Shown: positions 51,166-61,481 of the stretch, in pieces | Layout of the letters: each line of letters opens with the position of its first letter | Numbering within the stretch: position 1 is the stretch's first letter | Program-made: the position numbers and the translations under genes | Notes under the pieces: model-generated | What the model was told of the DNA's origin: nothing | The model's database searches: none | What the model saw: the letters and a program-made list of their open reading frames with translations, nothing else | Source: Nitrosopumilus sp. | Lineage (GTDB): Archaea; Thermoproteota; Nitrososphaeria; Nitrososphaerales; Nitrosopumilaceae | Assembly (NCBI GenBank): GCA_963662625.1 | Contig: OY759726.1 | Span: 1,440,001 to 1,504,000 of the forward strand | Direction of reading: 5' to 3' | Length of the DNA: 64,000 nucleotides

Positions 51166-53831
51166 TGGAGCGCCGATTCATCGAGGAGCACTTTCCAATC
51201 AAGGAAATCAGCAAGGAATCCGCAAAGGAAAAAAGCATAAGGCATGGCCACATCTCTACCCTTCACTTGTGGTGGGCGAGGCGCCCGCTCGCGGTCACCC
51301 GGGCCACCGTCTACGCCTCGCTGATTCCGGCGACCGCCGACGCCAAGAAACTGAGAAACGCCAAAGACTCCATCGTCGAGCTATCGCTATGGAAAAACTC
51401 GCTGAACAAAACCGTGATCAACAAAGCCAGGAAACGGATCATGGATTGCAACAAAAGCGCCCCAAAAGTGCTGGATCCCTTCTCCGGAGGCGGATCCATC
51501 CCACTGGAATCCCTGAGGCTGGGCTGCGAGGCGTACGCGTCTGATTACAACCCTGTCGCGAGCTTGATCGCAAAAGCGACGATTGGGACCCTGTTCCGCA
51601 ACCAAACAAATGGACGCGGCGGCGCCAGCTTAAACCCGCAAACCAAGAACCGGCTCATTTCAGATGTCCAAAAGTGGAGCCAGCATGTGCTGGGAGAGGC
51701 AAAAAAAGAAATCGAGCCGTTCTTCCCAGACGACAAACGCGGGGAATCTCCGGTAGGGTACCTATGGTCGCGCAGCATCCCGTGCCAGAACCCAAAATGC
51801 AACAGAGAAATCCCGCTGATAAAGCAGTTCTGGCTCGCAAACAAGCCGACCAGAAAAATCGCGTTATTCCCGCACGTCGTCAATAAAACGGTCCGCTTCA
51901 AAATCGTGGGGGACGGCGCAGAGCTCCCCGAGGGATTTGATCCTAAAAAAGGAACGGTGTCCAGGGGGATCGCGACATGCCTGGTGTGCGGCTATGTCGT
52001 GGACGGGAAAAAAATCAAAGAACTCTTCGCAGAAAGAAAAAACGGCGAAACCTTGAACGCGGTCATCCTGAACTCTGCGGGCAAACCGGGGAAGAAATAC
52101 CGCGTTGCTTCCCCAAAGGACCTGGGGGTTTTTACAAAGGCGCAGCTAAAACTGGCAGAAAGGCAAAATGTATTGCGCGAGAAACTCGGTATGTCGCCTG
52201 TTCCAGACGAGCCCACTCCAGAAGGAAGGGGTCGTGGAGCCGAAAGAGCCTTCTCGCTGAGATCTTACAGCATGAACACTTGGGGAGAATTATTCAACGA
52301 CAGGCAAAAACTAGTTCTGCTGGTATTTCTGGAGAAGATCCTTGACGCGCATGAAAAAATCCAAAAAGAAGAAAAACCAGAAAGGGCAAACGACATCCTG
52401 CTCTACCTTTCAATAATCTTTGACAGGCTTGTGGATAAGAACTCTAATTTGGTTTTCTATAATGCAGTAGGGGAAAAAATCGAGCATGTTTTTGGCAGGG
52501 CCGCCCTAGGAATGGTCTGGGACTATGTGGAGCTGAACCCATTCACGGACGTGGGGTGGAAGAACATGGAAAAATGGGTCTTGGGCGTCTTGGCTCACCT
52601 GGCCCGGATCGACGGCAAACCGGGCCTGGCCAAACACGCCTCTGCCACACGGCTCCCGTTTTCCGACGGGTTCTTTGACGCCGTGATCACGGATCCCCCA
52701 TACTATGACAACATTCCGTACTCCCACCTCTCGGATTTCTTTTACGTGTGGCTAAAAAGGCTGGCCGGGAGGCAGTTTCCAGACTTGTTCTCAACGCCGC
52801 TGACGCCAAAGACCGACGAGATTGTGACGTATTCCAACGGCCCGGAAGGGTGGAAGGGGGGCAAGGATTTCTTTGAAAAAATGCTCAAAAAATCGTTCAC
52901 GGAAATGCACCGCGTTCTCAAGCCCGACGGCATCACGGTGATCGTGTATGCCCACAAATCAACCGAGGGGTGGGAAACCCTGATCAACTCGTTACTGCAG
53001 TCGGGTTTTGTCGTCACGGCCGCGTGGCCGGTCCACACTGAAATGAGGACCAGGCTAAGGGCCACGGACTCTGCCACGCTGGCGTCCTCAATCTACATGG
53101 TCGCGCGAAAGCGGAAAAAAGAGCCGGTTGGATTCTACGGGGAAGTAAAGTCCGAACTCAGGAAATACCTGAACGGCAAACTGGAGCACCTGTGGAAAGA
53201 GGGCATCTCTGGGGCGGACTTTTTCATCGCCGCAATCGGCTCCGCGATCGAGGTTTTTGGAAAGTACGAAAAGGTTGTCGATGACGGCGACGCCGAAATT
53301 AAAACGCTAAGGCTTCTAAACGACGTGAGAAGCATTGTTACGGACTATGCCATAGGCAAGGTCATCAGGGGGGAGTTCTCGGACAGGATATCTAAGATCA
53401 CCAGGTTCTACGTTCTGTGGCGGTGGGCGTACGGGGAAGCCAAGGTCCCGTTCGACGACGCGCTAAAGCTGGCGCAGAGCGTGGGGATCGACATCGGGCA
53501 TGAATGGAACAAGGGATTCATCCTAAAAGAATCCGAAAACATCCGCCTGCTGGGCCCGGCCGACAGGGACGCGGCCAAATTGGAAAAATCCACCGAGCTG
53601 GTAGACGTCTTGCACCACGTGCTGCTCCTCTGGAAAAACAAAAAAACGACGGAATTAGACAGGCTGCTAAAAGAAAGCGGATTGGACAAAAGCGACATGT
53701 TCAAAAGGGTGGGGCAGGCAATCTCCGAGTCACTGCCGCCGGACAGTGCCGAAAAGAGGTGGCTGGACGGATTCCTGACGGGATTCAGGGTACGCGATTC
53801 CCAGGATGGGACGCAAACCAAACTGTTTTAA
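51165..53831 (+). CDS. DUF1156-containing amino (adenine) DNA methyltransferase
   Basis: LHLWWARRPL, DPFSGGGSIP and TDPPYYD; TAATG overlap with the helicase. Confidence 0.93.
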   Translation: MERRFIEEHFPIKEISKESAKEKSIRHGHISTLHLWWARRPLAVTRATVYASLIPATADAKKLRNAKDSIVELSLWKNSLNKTVINKARKRIMDCNKSAPKVLDPFSGGGSIPLESLRLGCEAYASDYNPVASLIAKATIGTLFRNQTNGRGGASLNPQTKNRLISDVQKWSQHVLGEAKKEIEPFFPDDKRGESPVGYLWSRSIPCQNPKCNREIPLIKQFWLANKPTRKIALFPHVVNKTVRFKIVGDGAELPEGFDPKKGTVSRGIATCLVCGYVVDGKKIKELFAERKNGETLNAVILNSAGKPGKKYRVASPKDLGVFTKAQLKLAERQNVLREKLGMSPVPDEPTPEGRGRGAERAFSLRSYSMNTWGELFNDRQKLVLLVFLEKILDAHEKIQKEEKPERANDILLYLSIIFDRLVDKNSNLVFYNAVGEKIEHVFGRAALGMVWDYVELNPFTDVGWKNMEKWVLGVLAHLARIDGKPGLAKHASATRLPFSDGFFDAVITDPPYYDNIPYSHLSDFFYVWLKRLAGRQFPDLFSTPLTPKTDEIVTYSNGPEGWKGGKDFFEKMLKKSFTEMHRVLKPDGITVIVYAHKSTEGWETLINSLLQSGFVVTAAWPVHTEMRTRLRATDSATLASSIYMVARKRKKEPVGFYGEVKSELRKYLNGKLEHLWKEGISGADFFIAAIGSAIEVFGKYEKVVDDGDAEIKTLRLLNDVRSIVTDYAIGKVIRGEFSDRISKITRFYVLWRWAYGEAKVPFDDALKLAQSVGIDIGHEWNKGFILKESENIRLLGPADRDAAKLEKSTELVDVLHHVLLLWKNKKTTELDRLLKESGLDKSDMFKRVGQAISESLPPDSAEKRWLDGFLTGFRVRDSQDGTQTKLF

Positions 53832-53857
53832 ATTCTACATGCCCCCTAAACTCACAC

Positions 53858-56431
53858 ATGGCCAATTTTCCCGAAATAGCTGTCCCGCACACGGACATCT
53901 ATGAGGGCAAACTAACCCTTGAGACCTATGCCGCAAACCTCTGGGACGTGTTCAACGACGAGGGCCCGAGCGAGTACAGGGATCCGAAAACCTTCTTTCA
54001 GAGGACCTATCCCACAAAAAACCTGACAAAAATCCTGGATTCGGTGAAATCGAGGCTAGACGGCGGGCCGGTAGACCACTTCAGACCGATCACGACCCCG
54101 TTCGGGGGAGGGAAAACCCACACGATGATCTACCTCTACCACGAATTCCAGGAATGGCACGGCAAGAAGCCCGTCGTCCTAGTCGGGACGGCGATGGATC
54201 CCGAAACCCAGACGATCTGGGGCGAGATTGAAAACCAGCTTACGGGCAAGGTCGACAAACTCTCGGGAAACGTCTCCCGCGGGGCAACCGCCATAAAGGA
54301 AATCCTGAAAGACCACCAGCCCATTCTGATCCTGATCGACGAACTGCTGCATTACGTGAACAGGGCTGCCGGAATCAAGGTCGAACAAACCAACCTGGGC
54401 GAGCAGACCATCGCGTTTGTCCAAGAGTTAGGCGAGGCAATAATGAACCTCGAAAACGTCTGCGTGGTCGTAACGCTGCCGTCCAGCGCAAACGAGCACC
54501 TGAACGACCAAATGACGGCCGCGCTATTTGAAAAGCTCAAAAAATTCTCGGGAAGGATAGAGGACTCTGTCTCGCCCGTGGATGATCACGACATACCGAA
54601 CATAATCCGGGCCAGGCTGTTTCAAAGCACAAGCGCCCAAATCCAGGACAGGGCGGAGCCAATCATAAGCGACTTTGCAGACTACTGCGAAGAAGAGGGA
54701 ATATTCCCCGAGGGGATGGAAAAGCCAGAGTACCGAAAGCAGTTTGAGCAAAGCTACCCGTTCCTCCCCCAAGTGATCGACGTGCTGTACAAGAGATGGG
54801 GCACCCTGCAAAGATTTCAAAGGACGAGGGGCGTACTGCGCCTGCTGTCCATAGTGGTGAATGATCTCCTCAAAGCCAACAGGCCCTTCATCAGCCTGGG
54901 GGACTTTGACCTGTCAAACGAGCGCCTAAAGGGCGAGCTGACCGGGTACCTCGACGACCAGTTCCAAAGCGTGATCGCCCAAGACATCGCGGGTGACGAC
55001 TCTGGGGCCGCAAAGGTGGACAAGATGATGCCCCAAACCCTGTGGGCCGCAGAACTCGGGACGCGCGCGGCCAGGGCGATTTTCATGTATTCGCATTCCG
55101 GCGCGGTCACCTCCAAGGGGGCGACCGACGCGGAAATCATGAGGGCGACAGTCTCCCGCGGCATAGAATCCGCAAACGTCAACACCGTGCTGGAGAAGTT
55201 CCGGAACCAGCTGTTCTACCTAAACGTCGAGGAAGGCAAGTACATCTTCACAAAAGAGGCAAACATCCTAAAAATGAAGCTCGACAAGATGGAGAACATC
55301 GGCCCCAGCGCAATCGAAGAGTCAGAAAGAAGGCTAATCAAGGAAAACACCACGAGCAACAGGCTCAAGGTAATCCTGTGGCCAAAAAACTCCAAGGACG
55401 TTGAAAACTCCCACCCCATGAAACTGGTAATCCTCAGGGAAAACGACGCCAGGCTCGTCGAGTCTATATATGACTACGTGGGGGAGCAGACCAGGGTCTA
55501 CAAAAACAACATCTTCATCTTGGCGCCCTCCGAGGGGGAGAAAAGCAAGTTCCTAGCTTCCCTGAAAAGCAAACTCGCGTGGGAGCAGATCAAAAGCGGC
55601 GACGCCCGGCTAAGCGGCGAGCAAAAGAAAACGCTGGCACAAGAACTCGCAAGGGAAAACGACTACCTGAAGGACTACGTAAAGGAGTATTACAGCACGC
55701 TGTACGTACCAGGAAGGGAATCCGCGAGCGGCAGGCGCGTAAGCGTCCCGCTGTCGACGTCGCAAACGATAGATCAAATCGTGTTCGACCACCTGAGGCA
55801 GGAATCGCTAATCAACGAGCAGCTGGGGCCACTCCTAATCAAGACGCAGTACCTCGGGGAAAACGAGTACGTCGACACCGACAATCTCTACGAAACCATG
55901 CTGAGGACCCCCGGCGAGAGGAGGCCGGTCTCAAAGGACGTTCTCAAAGACGCGATTACGGACGGTGTGCTGAAGGGCGAATTCGGGCTCGGGGAAATCG
56001 AGGACGGAAAGCCAGTATGCAAATACTTTGGAAACGGGTCATACCCGGAGGTGTCGCTTGATCCCGGCGAGAAAATAATCAGGGCCCAAACCTGCCAATC
56101 CCAGATGGGGCCACGGGCAAAAGAAGAGCTCGGGTGTCCGGAGTGCGGGTACAAAACCACGGACGCCGATGACCTGGCGGGGCACAAAAGATCGCACGCG
56201 AGGGAATCGCCCCAGGACATCACAAGCCTGAACTATTCGTTTTTCGTGCCGCAGGGGGCCGTGAACCACACCGGCGGGATGTTCCTCAGCATAGCCGCAA
56301 AATTCAGCAAACTCCGCCTAACCGTCGAGGCCGATGGCGGCAAAATGACAAAGCAGGACGTTGAAAACCTAAAAGAGGCATTGAGGCAGATGGGCGCCGA
56401 CTCGGACCTGTTTGATCAGTTCGATGAATGA
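53858..56431 (+). CDS. DUF499 AAA+ ATPase
   Basis: VPHTD, FFQRTY, TPFGGGKTH, LIDE, SYPF and FQRTRGVLRLL. Confidence 0.92.
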   Translation: MANFPEIAVPHTDIYEGKLTLETYAANLWDVFNDEGPSEYRDPKTFFQRTYPTKNLTKILDSVKSRLDGGPVDHFRPITTPFGGGKTHTMIYLYHEFQEWHGKKPVVLVGTAMDPETQTIWGEIENQLTGKVDKLSGNVSRGATAIKEILKDHQPILILIDELLHYVNRAAGIKVEQTNLGEQTIAFVQELGEAIMNLENVCVVVTLPSSANEHLNDQMTAALFEKLKKFSGRIEDSVSPVDDHDIPNIIRARLFQSTSAQIQDRAEPIISDFADYCEEEGIFPEGMEKPEYRKQFEQSYPFLPQVIDVLYKRWGTLQRFQRTRGVLRLLSIVVNDLLKANRPFISLGDFDLSNERLKGELTGYLDDQFQSVIAQDIAGDDSGAAKVDKMMPQTLWAAELGTRAARAIFMYSHSGAVTSKGATDAEIMRATVSRGIESANVNTVLEKFRNQLFYLNVEEGKYIFTKEANILKMKLDKMENIGPSAIEESERRLIKENTTSNRLKVILWPKNSKDVENSHPMKLVILRENDARLVESIYDYVGEQTRVYKNNIFILAPSEGEKSKFLASLKSKLAWEQIKSGDARLSGEQKKTLAQELARENDYLKDYVKEYYSTLYVPGRESASGRRVSVPLSTSQTIDQIVFDHLRQESLINEQLGPLLIKTQYLGENEYVDTDNLYETMLRTPGERRPVSKDVLKDAITDGVLKGEFGLGEIEDGKPVCKYFGNGSYPEVSLDPGEKIIRAQTCQSQMGPRAKEELGCPECGYKTTDADDLAGHKRSHARESPQDITSLNYSFFVPQGAVNHTGGMFLSIAAKFSKLRLTVEADGGKMTKQDVENLKEALRQMGADSDLFDQFDE

Positions 56432-56509
56432 CAGGATGGATCCGAGGTACAGGATCAACATAGCCCCCGGAATGAGGGTCATGATCCGGGAGGGGGACGG
56501 GCCCGGGCT

Positions 56510-56937
56510 GGAGCCTAGGGACGCGATCGGGCGTTTCGGCACGCCTGCAACCATGCTCTCCGACAACTACCCGTGCCTCGTGGGCTGGAACGGCCGCAGG
56601 AAGGCCCCTCCCCGGCCGTGGAAGCCCACCGCGTCTGGGGCGGGGCTCCTGGACAGGGGCGCCGGGCCCATGAACTCCAAGCCGCGCCACCCTCAGACCA
56701 ACGGGAAGGCCGGGAGGTTCTTCCGGAGCGTGGAGGACAGGACATGGCGCCACGGGAGCATGCCCGAGCACGTGGCGTACTGCAACGAGGACAGGCTCCA
56801 CTTCTCCCCGGACACCGGCAACTGCCCGACCCCGCTGAAGGCCTTCCATGCCAAGAATGCCACGTACGCGATCAGGGAGAGCAACCCGAGATGGATGGAG
56901 GCGGAGACGGATGACTAGCGGACCGACTTTTCATACA
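56510..56937 (+). pseudogene. IS481-family integrase-core remnant
   Basis: LSDN, HPQTNGKAGRFF and CNEDRLH...TP; right end ...catACA. Left boundary approximate. Confidence 0.8.
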
Positions 56938-57040
56938 CTACCGTCTTTAAATGGAAACACATGTTCAGAAATGTTTGAATCAAAAACCAGCGGCGGTAAC
57001 ACATGGTTGGCATTAATTCTGGCTACGGTGGCGAACAATA

Positions 57041-57568
57041 ATGCTTGATGAATTTTGGCAAATCATAGGCATTGTAGTTTCAATTCTTGGTGTGCTGGGC
57101 TCAGTTGGTATTGCATTTTATCTTAAGCATTTGGATGGAAAACGACGTAGACGTGAGGAAACTTTCTATGTCACTACAACTGTAGGATACATCCAACAAC
57201 TAAAGGATCATTTGATAAGCATACAAAACATTTCAGAAGACGACGATACGATTCCCGAAATGGAAGTACGTGCTGAAATTACTAGAAATTTGGTAAATTA
57301 TGGCGGTAAAAACAAACAACAAATCGAGTCATTGATATCGCGGACACAACTTTCAATGAGTAATTGGATGAGCTTGGCCAGTTCTGAAAAAAGAGACGTG
57401 GAAAGTTTTATTGCTACCGTTAATTGGGTTTTGGAAAATTATCTCCCCAAGCATGATGAAAGCGATGAAACCCAAACTCGACGGTGGTCAAGTTACTTGG
57501 AAGAATTTCAGGAACGTAAAAATAACTCCATTGAAAAAATAAATTATTTGCTACGAAAATATGGTTAA
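57041..57568 (+). CDS. AT-rich hypothetical protein with N-terminal TM anchor
   Basis: 175-aa ORF in AT-rich DNA; IIGIVVSILGVLGSVGIAFYL. Confidence 0.8.
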   Translation: MLDEFWQIIGIVVSILGVLGSVGIAFYLKHLDGKRRRREETFYVTTTVGYIQQLKDHLISIQNISEDDDTIPEMEVRAEITRNLVNYGGKNKQQIESLISRTQLSMSNWMSLASSEKRDVESFIATVNWVLENYLPKHDESDETQTRRWSSYLEEFQERKNNSIEKINYLLRKYG

Positions 57569-58356
57569 AATTTTAAAGTGGGTTTCATTGTTTCAACCAC
57601 GAATCTATTCCATTCCGTAAGGTCTTTGTCAATCCCGAATGATACCGACGCGTCTTTGTTTAATCTTAGCAAGTAACTTTTTTCTAACTGCTGATCTAAT
57701 AATCCATTGCATTTATGAACTCTTAAGACACAACTCCAATGAGTGCAATTGGCGTAATGTTTGTTAAATAATAAGTGCTCAGTTCCACAATAATCTGGTA
57801 TAGTTGTAAATGATAATTTCTTTAGCTTCTGTAATGGCGTATCATAATGATAAAATCTAGCTTCTTCAAGATTGTTTTTACCTTTTCTCATATCGAGAAT
57901 TTTATTCATGAGATCATGCAGTTTTTCCTTACGGATTGTGATTGATTCAAAAAGATCATCTCCATTATGAAGTATGTCAGTAAAAAATTTCAATAACCGA
58001 ACTTGGAATGTTGGATCACCTTGTAAAATAACTATACCTGATAATGGATCAAATAGAAAACTAAATTCCTGAATTGTTACATCATACACCCCTTTGCCCC
58101 TAAACTCATTTTCCTTTTGGAAGTGATATTGGATGTCTCCTTGGACTCCAAAACTACTCCGTTTCAAATTTGAGATTTCATGCGTTAGCTCAATTGTTTT
58201 GTCATAGCCATTTTTGTCTTTGTATTTTAGTTTAAATTTTTTTTTACTTAATTTAGTGTATATGTTACCACTGCTTAATGGGATCTTATATTTTACAATT
58301 AAAATAGAACGTGCCACTGTCTCTGCATTTACTTGGTTTAATATAAAATCGATCAT
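57565..58356 (-). CDS. AT-rich hypothetical protein
   Basis: 263-aa uninterrupted ORF in very AT-rich DNA. Confidence 0.82.
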   Translation of the reverse strand: MIDFILNQVNAETVARSILIVKYKIPLSSGNIYTKLSKKKFKLKYKDKNGYDKTIELTHEISNLKRSSFGVQGDIQYHFQKENEFRGKGVYDVTIQEFSFLFDPLSGIVILQGDPTFQVRLLKFFTDILHNGDDLFESITIRKEKLHDLMNKILDMRKGKNNLEEARFYHYDTPLQKLKKLSFTTIPDYCGTEHLLFNKHYANCTHWSCVLRVHKCNGLLDQQLEKSYLLRLNKDASVSFGIDKDLTEWNRFVVETMKPTLKF

Positions 58357-58663
58357 ATTCTCAATATTTCTAGTACATCATTGATACAGAGGTCTCAGAG
58401 TTACAGTATCATCCTGTAACCAAACACATGTAAGAGCAAAACATGTCGCTGGATCGTGTTACGTCATTAAGGGATCCCTTGCGCTAAGCATGTGTCCTAA
58501 CAAAGTGTTTGATATGTTCTACACATCAAAGATATCTATCTAGCACATAAAGTGCAGAATTTCTAGAGAAAGGATCTTTGCTATGGATCCTGATCCCTGT
58601 ACCATCTATTGTGGGCCAGATGGGATCATGCTGATATCCAGGACCAAACCTGCGTCATGAGAA

Positions 58664-58860
58664 AGTATAACAACGCTCAAAAGTTCTTAAGCGCCAAGGA
58701 TTCCCTGTCAATGTACCTCATGACGTCCAAGTTGGAGTGAGGCATCCTCAGGCATTCGGACGTGGTGCGCCCGCCACCCCCGAACGTCTTGCAATGCCCC
58801 GGGACCGGGACGTCGCGCCTTGGCCGGGAGCCAGCTATTGCTACACCTTGGTGCTTGGGG
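58664..58860 (-). mobile_element. Probable IS 3'-end remnant
   Basis: Homologous to 39179-39254; ORF end ...MPHSNLDVMRYIDRESLALKNF followed by gagcgttgttatact; family uncertain. Confidence 0.55.
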
Positions 58861-59295
58861 CGTGCGGGACGGTGCCAGCCCGCCGCATCGCGCATGCTGG
58901 CCGCACGGGAGGCGGTTGCCGCACGCTGTGGATTTGTAACCCGCACCGAAATTTGTGGAATTCATTCATGGTGCCGCGTGTAATGCACAGCGGCGCTCAA
59001 AGCACCTTGAGGATCACGGACTTCCTGGCGTAACCACACGTGCCCCGATCAAAGCAGCCAGGTGGTGGCATCGACCTAAGAAAGCGCAAGACGGGGCCAG
59101 GAAGGCCGAAAGCAAACAAACACACAACGGCGAATGGGAGGGCGTCAGTATCAGGGGCGAAACCCGCCGGGACGGGCGCGCACAAGAAGGCGATCCGGGC
59201 GTCGGCCATGGGTGGCGCCGACCCACGATTCCATGGCTGGGGGATCTCAATGCGCCCCGGCTGCGTCTCAAAGATTATTATTTGCTGGGAGGGCC

Positions 59296-61062
59296 ATGCC
59301 CTTCGTGTTCATAGAAGAGGTTAAAATACGCAACATGCTGTCGTATTCGGACTGCGCGTTTCCGCTCAAGCAGAACAACGTGGTGGTGGGGCCAAACAAC
59401 TCTGGCAAGACAAACATACTGAGAATACTGGCCATGCTACAAAATGCAGACAGACCCGGAACGGTTCGCTTGCCTGCAGAATCAAGGCTGGACAAAGGCC
59501 CCTCCGTGCTGTCCGTAAGTATCTCACTGACTACAGACGAGCCAAAAATGCTAGAACAGTCGGTGTTTCATGATTCACTCGGTACGCTGGAACCGTCCCA
59601 GGAATTTTCAAAAATCCAGGTTGCCATGAAATGGAATGCAGTGGAGGGTGCCAATTCTGAGCTGCCAGCCGAGGTGATCCTGAGGATCTCCAACGGGTTC
59701 ACGGTTTCTAACAGGCATAAAAAATTCGTGTTTTACACCGATGAGATTCCGGCCTACGGCGAGCCTACGGTGGTGCCTCCTCCGCTCACCGATCGTGATG
59801 TCGCATATGCCACGTATGAAAAAATACACGGAATTAAGCCTGAGCAGCTTTTCTCAAAGGAAGGATCTGAAACCGAGGTTAGAAAAAAACCCAAGCCCTA
59901 CTTTATGGTAGGCGAAGAAGAATACTGCATTCCATTCAGGTCGGAACTGGACAGTGACATGGACACGCTGGCGTACAGCTACTTGAAAATCAACCGGAGT
60001 AGCGGTGCCACGATCACGGTATTTGATCTGGTTGCTGGATTATTCAGGAACTGCATGTCGATATCTGGGGAGACTCCTCCCAGCATCCGGGATATGGCGG
60101 GGTTGCTATTTGAAATGAAGAACGCGCACGAGCCGGACTACGAAGAGGTAAAGTCAAGCTTCTCAAAAATCTTTACGGGAGTAACCCTAGAGGTGCGGAC
60201 ATCTGGCAATCAAGAGCACAGCATAATGATCCACGAACACGGTGGGGAGTTCCCCATCAGCATGTCGTCATCGGGATACTTTGCGACACTCTGCCTCCTT
60301 TACCAGATACATGGCAAAATAGGGCAATCGGTGTTTTTTGACGAGCCGGAAACACACCTGCACCCAAACCATGTCCGGAAGATGGCAAGTTACATAGACA
60401 ATTACCGGAAAAACGACAAAGACGGCGTGGCGGGTTCCCGGCATGGCAGATTCGACAACCGGAGGGAACGCGAAAACCAGATCACAATAATAACCCACTC
60501 GCCTGCACTGGTAAGCCGTCCGCTGCTGCGAGACGGATCAAGAAGCCTGCTTTATGTCAGGAGAGACGGAAAACGCAGTACCGTAAATACGGCACGCGAG
60601 GGATTTGAAATGCCAGTCAAGGCAAACCACTTCGAACCGAGTATATTTTTTGAGAAGTGCGTGATCCTGGTTGAGGGGCCAAGCGACGAGCATGCCGTGA
60701 AGGGGCTGTCCGACAGGCGTGAAGACGTATTCGGGCAGAACGATATAATCGTAGTCAATACCGGCGGCAAGGATCACATTCAGCACCACGTGTCGCTTCT
60801 TAAGGAATACGGAATCCCGCACGTCGCCATGGCGGACTCTGACTATTCTGGTGGCATGGACGGCGTGATCAAGCTTGGCGGCACGTTGGAGGACGAACTT
60901 CGATCGCACGGGTGGAAAAGCCGCGCACAAAAGATCTCTGCCGACGAGGCGTACACGTTCACATCCGAAGACATGGATGAACAAGAGATGGTGAAGTGCG
61001 CGCTGTACGGGGTAATGGAAAAGGCCGTCCAGCTCGCGGGTGGCGCCGTCACCCAGCCATGA
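59296..61062 (+). CDS. OLD-family ATP-dependent nuclease (ABC ATPase + TOPRIM)
   Basis: VGPNNSGKT, MSSSG, DEPETHLHP, ITHS, LVEGPSD, GGK and DSD. Confidence 0.9.
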   Translation: MPFVFIEEVKIRNMLSYSDCAFPLKQNNVVVGPNNSGKTNILRILAMLQNADRPGTVRLPAESRLDKGPSVLSVSISLTTDEPKMLEQSVFHDSLGTLEPSQEFSKIQVAMKWNAVEGANSELPAEVILRISNGFTVSNRHKKFVFYTDEIPAYGEPTVVPPPLTDRDVAYATYEKIHGIKPEQLFSKEGSETEVRKKPKPYFMVGEEEYCIPFRSELDSDMDTLAYSYLKINRSSGATITVFDLVAGLFRNCMSISGETPPSIRDMAGLLFEMKNAHEPDYEEVKSSFSKIFTGVTLEVRTSGNQEHSIMIHEHGGEFPISMSSSGYFATLCLLYQIHGKIGQSVFFDEPETHLHPNHVRKMASYIDNYRKNDKDGVAGSRHGRFDNRRERENQITIITHSPALVSRPLLRDGSRSLLYVRRDGKRSTVNTAREGFEMPVKANHFEPSIFFEKCVILVEGPSDEHAVKGLSDRREDVFGQNDIIVVNTGGKDHIQHHVSLLKEYGIPHVAMADSDYSGGMDGVIKLGGTLEDELRSHGWKSRAQKISADEAYTFTSEDMDEQEMVKCALYGVMEKAVQLAGGAVTQP

Positions 61063-61481
61063 TGGAATCAGATGAGCGCAGGCGTCCACACTTTTTATAC
61101 TAATACTGACACGGAGGTGTGAGATGCTTGGGACGGTGGCAAAGATGGTGCATGGGTGGAGGCACGCGTACCGTGCATACTTTCATGTATATAGACCGAT
61201 CCAAAAACACTGCGGCCTCGGTGGGGGCGAGGCTGTGTATACTTGGGATGGTGTGTGGTATGTTGAAAAGACAAAGGCTAGGGCCATCTGGCAGGATGGG
61301 TGCCATAAAGAGGGCGATGAAGAAAACCAAATGGCCAACTGCAATATTATAATTGGCGAGAATCTAGGCCCCCATTGCGTGACTGAACGTTCATTCACGT
61401 TAATTCACGTTATAACAGATGCATTAATTCCAACACTTCACAGCATGGAGACGTCCATGCCCAAGCCGGGGGCGCCTGCAA

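Noticed and set aside
47836-56431. BREX or DISARM assignment
   Set aside because: No PglZ/BrxC-type or DrmA/DrmB-type genes seen; domain content fits the DUF499/DUF1156 family
61100-61480. Short ORFs between the OLD nuclease and the restriction enzyme
   Set aside because: No recognisable motif or consistent codon signal
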